The position numbers and the translations under genes are program-made. From an uncultured archaeon (GTDB lineage: Archaea; Iainarchaeota; Iainarchaeia; Iainarchaeales; 0-14-0-20-30-16): a stretch of DNA of 8,024 nucleotides. The notes below the pieces were generated by a model. That model made no database searches, was not told the origin of the DNA, and worked only from the letters and a program-made list of their open reading frames with translations. The DNA lies in assembly GCA_964565125.1 (NCBI GenBank), contig CAZMCX010000033.1, positions 1 through 8,024 on the forward strand, read 5' to 3'. Positions 1 through 4,525 of the stretch are shown here, piece after piece. How positions within the stretch are numbered: position 1 is the first letter of the stretch; each line of letters begins with the position of its first letter.

Positions 1-156
1 TGATCTCGAATAATCATCAGTTATTTTCTCAGCAGATTCCCTAGCGCTCTTAAAATCACCTTTCTCACCTGAGCTCTTAGCTATTTCTGCATAGGCTTCT
101 GATCTCCAATAATAATCAGTTATTTTCTCAGCAGATTCCCTAGCACTCTCAAAATC
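1..156 (-). repeat. In-frame 99-nt (33-codon) tandem repeat inside the 1..1068 CDS; it probably continues beyond the window.
   Basis: Positions 1-57 and 100-156 align without gaps at 53/57 identical bases. The period is 99 nt, a multiple of 3. The four differences give E/K, Y/D and W/S changes plus one synonymous change. The helical A-x3-A-x2-I ... A-x-A-E-I-A pattern resembles TPR/HEAT-like repeats. Confidence 0.8.
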
Positions 157-1068
157 TATTATTCCTTCATTATATAAATATATATTAAATATATCTTTAA
201 TTACATCTTCTGGCACTAAAACTCGCCTTTCTATTGTTGTTTTTCGGGTATCTTGTTCTAATTTTGGAGTTTGAACTTTTTTTTGTTCCTGAACCCTTCT
301 CTCTACTCTAACTGATTTTTCTTTAATAAAAGAATAGATTCGTGGCATTGCTGTGTTTATATTTTGTTCTGAATTTAATAATTGCAATAATTCTTTTTGG
401 TGCTCAGGATGATTTTGAATAAAAATAGAAATAACTCTGCTCACATTATCTAATTCTATTAATAACTGTCTTATTCTTTGTTGAGATTCGTTTGGATTTT
501 TTGATTTATTTAATATTTCTTGTATTTCTTTAAAGATTTGTTCTTTGTTAAAAAAAGTTAATGCTCTTACTCTTTCAGACAATTCTCTTGACTGTAAAAT
601 AAAATTATGCCAATCGGGTTGTTTACTTTCTGGTCTAGCTTTTGTTTCTTGTTCTAAATATTTAATTCTTTCATCTATAGACATACTTTGTGCTTTTTTA
701 AAAACTTGGACAAATTCTTCTTGTGGTCTTTTTGTTATCAATCTGTTTGCAACTTGATTAAATCTGTGTCTCCGTTGTTCATTTCTTGTAACTAAATTAT
801 TATGTGCTTGAATTTGTTCTTGCAATTGTCTCTGCTTTTTTAACCATAATTTTTGTCTCTGTTTTTCTGATTCTAATTCCTGCTGTTTTCTTTGTGTTTC
901 TAAGGCTTTCATTCTTGCATGTCTTTCTGCAATCTTTCTCTTTACAAAATCTAATAATTCTTGCTTTCTCTTTAATTCTTGAGGCAATAATACTCGATGT
1001 TCTATTTTAAATTTGGGTTTGAGTAGTTTTAGTTTTTCAGGAGGTCTTGGAGGTTTCACAGGAGACAT
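1..1068 (-). CDS. Hypothetical coiled-coil / helical-repeat protein. The N-terminal 356 codons are present and the 3' end runs off the window start.
   Basis: I read the minus frame triplet by triplet and found no tta/cta/tca in phase between 1 and 1089. The first ATG is at 1068-1066, preceded by GTGAT (1079-1075) with a 6-nt spacer. The product starts MSPVKPPRPPEKLKLLKPKF, followed by a Q/K/E/R-rich stretch (KRKQELLDFVKRKIAERHARMKALETQRKQQELESEKQRQKLWLKKQRQLQEQIQ). It ends in 33-aa repeats (DF[EK]SARESAEKITD[YD]Y[WS]RS EAYAEIAKSSGEKG). An open frame of 356 codons in AT-rich DNA is very unlikely by chance. I recognise no domain. Confidence 0.75.
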   Translation of the reverse strand, partial: MSPVKPPRPPEKLKLLKPKFKIEHRVLLPQELKRKQELLDFVKRKIAERHARMKALETQRKQQELESEKQRQKLWLKKQRQLQEQIQAHNNLVTRNEQRRHRFNQVANRLITKRPQEEFVQVFKKAQSMSIDERIKYLEQETKARPESKQPDWHNFILQSRELSERVRALTFFNKEQIFKEIQEILNKSKNPNESQQRIRQLLIELDNVSRVISIFIQNHPEHQKELLQLLNSEQNINTAMPRIYSFIKEKSVRVERRVQEQKKVQTPKLEQDTRKTTIERRVLVPEDVIKDIFNIYLYNEGIIDFESARESAEKITDYYWRSEAYAEIAKSSGEKGDFKSARESAEKITDDYSRS

Positions 1069-1108
1069 AATTATATCACTTATTATTATTTAACCTTGAT
1101 ATTTTTTT

Positions 1109-1462
1109 CTAATTTCTTAATGAAACGGTATAACAGTCAGTCGCTGACTGACTTATTCTATCTTTATAGATTTGATAAAAAAACCTCATATTTTTAAGGA
1201 TAGTAACACTAAAACCACTCCCAAATTCCATTATAAGTTCAACTGAAAGTGTCTCAAGAAGTTTTTTGCCATATTCTGCTCGTTTTTTACCTTTTTGTTC
1301 TTCTTCAACTATCCTTTTTCCAATCTCATAATATGCTTTAAGCATTTCTGTATTTACAGCATTAAAAGCAACATATCGTGCTTTGTGAATAATACTTTTA
1401 ATTTTGTTTAATAAAGTAAGATCTTCTTTATTTCTAATTATAGGCATTGACTTCTCTGACAT
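1109..1462 (-). CDS. DUF1016 / YhcG-family N-terminal domain protein of 117 aa. The C-terminal PD-(D/E)XK nuclease domain is absent, so this is either a truncated remnant or a stand-alone N-domain.
   Basis: The translation LLNKIKSIIHKARYVAFNAVNTEMLKAYYEIGKRIVEEEQKGKKRAEYGKKLLETLSVELIMEFGSGFSVTILKNMRFFYQIY matches the pattern I remember for the YhcG N-terminal region (aR..v..avN.e.v..Yw.IG..I.e.eq.g..rAeYG..ll..Ls..L...fG.Gfs..nL..Mr.FY). Full-length family members are about three times longer. The ORF stops with TAG at 1109-1111, and only 40 nt separate it from the next gene start. Confidence 0.65.
   Translation of the reverse strand: MSEKSMPIIRNKEDLTLLNKIKSIIHKARYVAFNAVNTEMLKAYYEIGKRIVEEEQKGKKRAEYGKKLLETLSVELIMEFGSGFSVTILKNMRFFYQIYKDRISQSATDCYTVSLRN
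1134..1150. repeat. Perfect 7-bp inverted repeat (cagtcag tcg ctgactg) built from tetranucleotide repeats, relatively GC-rich for this window.
   Basis: Read directly: 1134-1140 pairs with 1144-1150 around a 3-nt loop. It lies in the last 14 codons of the DUF1016-N ORF, exactly where similarity to the family ends (…YKDRISQSATDCYTVSLRN*). Its function is unknown. Confidence 0.5.
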
Positions 1463-1468
1463 ACCATA

Positions 1469-2074
1469 TCACTTATTCTTATCTTCTGGTTCTGTGCCGT
1501 ATTCCCCTAACTTTTCTATTTTCAAAACCTTCACTTTAAATTGAAGAGTTTTACCTGCCAATCTGTGCTGGCAATTTATGTTTTGTATGTTCTTGTTTAT
1601 GTCATAGCTTTGAAAAATACATTTCTGACCATACATATTGTAAAACACTCCGCCTTGAATATCCTTTGCATTTACATCTTTGCCTGTTTGCTCTTTTACT
1701 GCAACCAACACTTTATTGAGGTCCTCTTGAAATTTATAGGGATAATCGTCTACTATGCCATATCCTTCTTCTGGATTTACAATAAATATTTTTTCTTGTC
1801 CTTCTGTTGTACCCAAGACTCCTTTTTCAAAGCCTTTAATTACTTTGCCTTCACCAATAACAAAAGTCAAAGGATTGTTTTTGTCAAAAGAAGTGTCTAA
1901 AATATTTCCATCAACTGTTAACTCATAATCAACAGTAATTTTATCATTATAATCTGCTAGCTTAACATTATAGTTCAAATCAATTGTGTGTTGCCTATTA
2001 TAAGTTAACAAAATTGCAACACAAGCAACAACAATCAAAACTATAACAACTATATGGATATAAAAAAATTTCAT
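1469..2074 (-). CDS. FKBP-type peptidyl-prolyl cis-trans isomerase, SlyD/archaeal short type with an IF (insert-in-flap) domain, carrying an N-terminal transmembrane anchor.
   Basis: 201 aa. The N-terminus MKFFYIHIVVIVLIVVACVAILLTY is a hydrophobic helix following a Lys. FKBP core motifs are present: ITVDYELTVDGNILDTSF, PLTFVIGEGKVIKGFEKGVLG, IFIVNPEEGYG, and the SlyD-like C-terminal strand HRLAGKTLQFKVKVLKIE. The start is preceded by AGGTGG (aaaggtggttttATG). The stop is TGA. Confidence 0.85.
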   Translation of the reverse strand: MKFFYIHIVVIVLIVVACVAILLTYNRQHTIDLNYNVKLADYNDKITVDYELTVDGNILDTSFDKNNPLTFVIGEGKVIKGFEKGVLGTTEGQEKIFIVNPEEGYGIVDDYPYKFQEDLNKVLVAVKEQTGKDVNAKDIQGGVFYNMYGQKCIFQSYDINKNIQNINCQHRLAGKTLQFKVKVLKIEKLGEYGTEPEDKNK

Positions 2075-2181
2075 AAAACCACCTTTTTCTTTTAATATAT
2101 AAGAAAACTATAATATATAAATCTATAATTAATAATACCATAAATACAGCATAAAGTTAATATTTTTATTATTTCTTATGT

Positions 2182-2418
2182 TTAATCCCCTTTTTTTAAA
2201 TGCTCTATTTTCTTCTTTAATTCTCTATTATAGCCTCCTAATTCGCATTGTTTTTTATTGCTTTATAGCAAGTATATCTGTAATCTTATTTTCTTTCAAT
2301 ATTTTTCCTACTTGCCTGGGCTTATATTCATTTTTTTTTGCTATAATACCATAGGTGTTATTTTGCCTTTTGGAATCTTTAATAAAAGCTTTAAAACTTG
2401 ATTTGTCTTGTTTTGCAT
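2182..2418 (-). pseudogene. Degraded Ogt/MGMT-like (methylated-DNA-protein-cysteine methyltransferase DNA-binding/active-site domain) gene, broken by three -1 frame disruptions.
   Basis: Four consecutive minus-strand pieces read as follows.
- 2418..2356, frame 0: MQNKTNQVLKLLLKIPKGKIT.
- 2356..2285, frame -1: TYGIIAKKNEYKPRQVGKILKENK.
- 2285..2238, frame -2: DYRYTCYKAIKNNAN*.
- 2244..2182, back in frame 0: ELGGYNRELKKKIEHLKKGD*.
Concatenated, they follow the family pattern I remember (V..ll..IP.GkvtTYg.iA......pRaVG.al..Np.....PCHRVv...G.lgGY......K..LL..EG). The Cys-to-GGY spacing is correct, but the active site is degenerate (TCYKA instead of PCHRV). No single frame is open for more than about 58 codons. 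Confidence 0.6.
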
Positions 2419-2554
2419 TGAAGAAATATAAAAAATAATAATATAAATGTATTCTATGTACATTTATTTAGTGATATTTATGACTCAGTTAATAATTTCT
2501 TCTAAGATGATAGAAATTATACAACACTTTCCATAAATAATTGAAGTGATATTT

Positions 2555-3037
2555 ATGGCTAGTGCTAAAAAAGGACCTAAACAACTTGAACTACTTAGAA
2601 GAAGAAAATTAAAACCAGCTTCTCCAGAAGTATTAGAAATGGGTCATGAAGCTGGAAGATTAGCATTAGTTCATGCAATTTTTCAGAAATACAAAGTTAC
2701 TCCTTCAATAGTTGCAATTCATTTGATTCCTGAATTAAGATTAGTTGAACGATTTGTAAATGCAACAAAATCTCTAAGAATACAAGAAGATAGGCTGAGC
2801 CACGAAAAACTGGATTGGACAATAAAGCAAGATATAAAGGAGTATATAAACGAAGATGAACATATTATCTCTGAGTGCACAGCTAAAACCAAAAACAGAA
2901 TATTATTTGATAGTCTTCTTAGTCTTTTATATGATCCTAAAGGTGAACCTAGGCAATTTTTATTGTTGTTAAGAAGAAATTTGCAAAAATACAAACAATA
3001 TACTGAACAATTTATTTTTCTAGTTACTTTTTTTTAA
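2555..3037 (+). CDS. Hypothetical protein of 160 aa; no family recognised.
   Basis: ATG at 2555 is preceded by GAAGTGAT with a 4-nt spacer. The GTG at 2546 used by the ORF track is itself part of this SD-like motif. The product is MASAKKGPKQLELLRRRKLKPASPEVLEMGHEAGRLALVHAIFQKYK.... It ends with TAA at 3035-3037 immediately after a T8 run. See the finding on the in-frame extension. Confidence 0.55.
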   Translation: MASAKKGPKQLELLRRRKLKPASPEVLEMGHEAGRLALVHAIFQKYKVTPSIVAIHLIPELRLVERFVNATKSLRIQEDRLSHEKLDWTIKQDIKEYINEDEHIISECTAKTKNRILFDSLLSLLYDPKGEPRQFLLLLRRNLQKYKQYTEQFIFLVTFF

Positions 3038-3148
3038 TATCAAGTAGCAGTAGGAGAAAACAATAATCCTGACAAACAACATTTAGGGGTTATATTCGAA
3101 GAATTAGAAAAATATACTAAGAAACCCGAACAACTGCCTCTTTTTTAA

Positions 3149-3292
3149 TTACTTTTTAATCATTAGCAATACGCCAATCAATATTATTATCAAACCTAAA
3201 AATGGTTGTATTACATTAATTGGTTTTGGCAAAGAAGGAATATACATTCCTACGCCCAATCCTATCAAAAATAAACCTGCTTCATTATTCAT
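3149..3292 (-). CDS. Small membrane protein of 47 aa with two predicted hydrophobic helices; below the size cutoff of the ORF track.
   Basis: The start context is aataGGTGAagatATG, the same AGGTGA motif as upstream of the DJ-1 gene. The product is MNNEAGLFLIGLGVGMYIPSLPKPINVIQPFLGLIIILIGVLLMIKK*. It starts 33 nt downstream of the rpe stop on the same strand. Its stop is TAA (3151-3149). Confidence 0.5.
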   Translation of the reverse strand: MNNEAGLFLIGLGVGMYIPSLPKPINVIQPFLGLIIILIGVLLMIKK

Positions 3293-3325
3293 ATCTTCAC
3301 CTATTCCAGATATATAACAAAATAG

Positions 3326-3937
3326 TTATTTATATTTGTTTTGTTCTTTGAAAAAAGCTGTGCCCATCACTAATATTGATGCTCCAGCATCTATTACCAG
3401 CGTCTTTATTTCATTATTTATGCCACCATCTGCAATAATTGGCTTTTTGGGAAATGATTCACGTATTGATTTTATTTTAGGTATCATATCAACCATAAAC
3501 CCCTGACCACCAAATCCTGGTTCAACACACATAATCAATACAAAATCACTTTCTTTTACTGCATCATAAGCCTCTTTAAAACTTGTTTTTGGTTTTAATG
3601 CAATTCCTGCAGAACAAAAACTCTTTAGCAATCTTAATTCTTTTATAGGATCAAAAACTGCTTCAAAATGAAAAGATATTTCTTTTGCCCCTACCTTTAC
3701 AAAAGATTCAAAATATTTTGAGGGATCATTAACCATTAAATGTACATCTGGTTTCAATTTAAAATTAATGCATTTTCCTACTAAATTCGGGGTCATTTTA
3801 TTCAAAGTGTAATTTGATACAAATTTATTATCCATCACATCTATATGCACTCTATTAGTTGCCCTAAGAACTTTATTTAATTCTTTATCAATTTTAGAGA
3901 AATCTGCTGCCAAAAGCGATGGAGAAACCTCAACCAT
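3326..3937 (-). CDS. rpe: Ribulose-phosphate 3-epimerase.
   Basis: Family hallmarks are present: SPSLLAADF, VHIDVMDNKFVSN, DVHLMV, ISFHFEA, GIALKP, LIMCVEPGFGGQGF, IADGGIN, VMGTAFF. I prefer the ATG at 3937 (MVEVSPSLL...) to the TTG at 3946 used by the ORF track, because 3946 would overlap the rpiB stop. The gap to rpiB is 5 nt. Confidence 0.9.
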   Translation of the reverse strand: MVEVSPSLLAADFSKIDKELNKVLRATNRVHIDVMDNKFVSNYTLNKMTPNLVGKCINFKLKPDVHLMVNDPSKYFESFVKVGAKEISFHFEAVFDPIKELRLLKSFCSAGIALKPKTSFKEAYDAVKESDFVLIMCVEPGFGGQGFMVDMIPKIKSIRESFPKKPIIADGGINNEIKTLVIDAGASILVMGTAFFKEQNKYK

Positions 3938-3942
3938 AGAAA

Positions 3943-4371
3943 TCAATCCAACATATCTAGTCTTCTAATGTATCTTTCTTCATTTGTGAATTTTGTATTA
4001 AGCCAAACATCTACAATCTTTAATACAAGATCCTCACCCAATATCCTTTGCCCAAAACACAAAACATTTGTATCATTGTGTTCTCTAGAAAGTCTAGCTG
4101 TTTCTTCGTTCCAACACAATGCTGCTCTTATACCTTTTATTTTGTTTGCAGCAATACTCATTCCAATACCTGTGCCACACACCAAGATCCCTTTTGAATT
4201 ACTATCTTTTGTAACTGCATTTGATACTTTCTTTGCAAAAATAGGATAATCTACAGAGTCTTCAGAATGTGTTCCAAAATCTTTGATTTCAAATCCTTTT
4301 TTAACTAAATGGTTTTTTATCTTCTCTTTAAGTTTAAAACCACCATGGTCACTAGCAATATAAATTGTCAT
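3943..4371 (-). CDS. rpiB: Ribose-5-phosphate isomerase B (RpiB/LacAB family), 142 aa.
   Basis: MTIYIASDHGGFKLKEKI..., VDYPIFAKKV, GILVCGTGIGMSIAANKIKGIRAA and REHNDTNVLCFGQRILG are typical RpiB motifs. The family-typical length fits a start at 4371. The 94 codons upstream in the track ORF (to 4653) are low-complexity and overlap the hisS start. Confidence 0.9.
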   Translation of the reverse strand: MTIYIASDHGGFKLKEKIKNHLVKKGFEIKDFGTHSEDSVDYPIFAKKVSNAVTKDSNSKGILVCGTGIGMSIAANKIKGIRAALCWNEETARLSREHNDTNVLCFGQRILGEDLVLKIVDVWLNTKFTNEERYIRRLDMLD

Positions 4372-4390
4372 AATAAGATAACTGTTAAGT

Positions 4391-4398
4391 TTAATAAA
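4391..4398 (-). promoter_or_regulatory. Candidate archaeal TATA box (TTTATTAA on the minus strand) for the rpiB-rpe operon. Its geometry suggests a leaderless or near-leaderless transcript.
   Basis: The minus strand reads gaTTTATTAAacttaacagttatcttattATG, with 19 nt between the box and the ATG at 4371. No SD-like motif lies in between. This is the same geometry as upstream of the cooS-like gene. Confidence 0.35.
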
Positions 4399-4525
4399 TC
4401 TTTTTGCTAAAAAGTAATACTGTTTTAAGCTATATTTATATAGTGGGATTGCCAATATATTTATAGTTATAATATAAATAACAATATATAAATTGTGCTG
4501 TCTAGTGTGTAAATTGTGTGAGAGA

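Noticed and set aside
1-156. Whether the 99-nt direct repeats are a CRISPR array or a mobile-element terminus.
   Set aside because: The period is a multiple of 3 and the repeats lie in phase inside an open reading frame. The 'spacer' portion is also partly conserved coding sequence. There is no repeat-spacer architecture.
545-1010. Plus-strand track ORFs 545..757 and 804..1010.
   Set aside because: They are Leu/Phe/Ser/Ile-rich low-complexity translations lying antisense to a fully open 356-codon minus-strand frame with a proper start context. They are shadow ORFs.
1541-1900. Plus-strand ORF of 119 aa.
   Set aside because: It is entirely antisense to the well-supported FKBP gene. The translation is low-complexity with no motifs.
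2075-2554. tRNA or other structured RNA genes in the long AT-rich gaps (also 3038-3148, 4372-4525 and 7904-7932).
   Set aside because: I found no GC-enriched segment of about 70-90 nt with cloverleaf-compatible stems by eye. The gaps are explained by a pseudogene, a promoter region and an ORF extension. A tRNAscan/Infernal run would be the proper check.
2719-2994. Minus-strand ORF of 91 aa.
   Set aside because: It is antisense and internal to the longer plus-strand ORF, which has an SD-like start context. Its composition is Ser/Leu/Phe/Cys-rich, typical of a shadow frame. Neither ORF has a recognised family, so this call is less certain than the others.
2534-3148. TAA reassignment (alternative genetic code), suggested by two in-frame TAA codons around the 2555 gene.
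   Set aside because: TAA terminates hisS, rpe and the DJ-1 gene at family-typical lengths. TGA terminates rpiB, cooS and FKBP, and TAG ends the DUF1016 ORF. Reading through the hisS TAA would run far into antisense DJ-1 sequence. The standard stop set is therefore in use.
3968-4249. Plus-strand ORF of 93 aa.
   Set aside because: It is antisense to rpiB, whose identity is unambiguous.
4493-4525. TTG-initiated 11-codon extension of hisS (MCCLVCKLCER).
   Set aside because: The ATG at 4526 gives the canonical HisRS N-terminus and length. The extension is built from the TAAATTGTG repeats of the promoter region.
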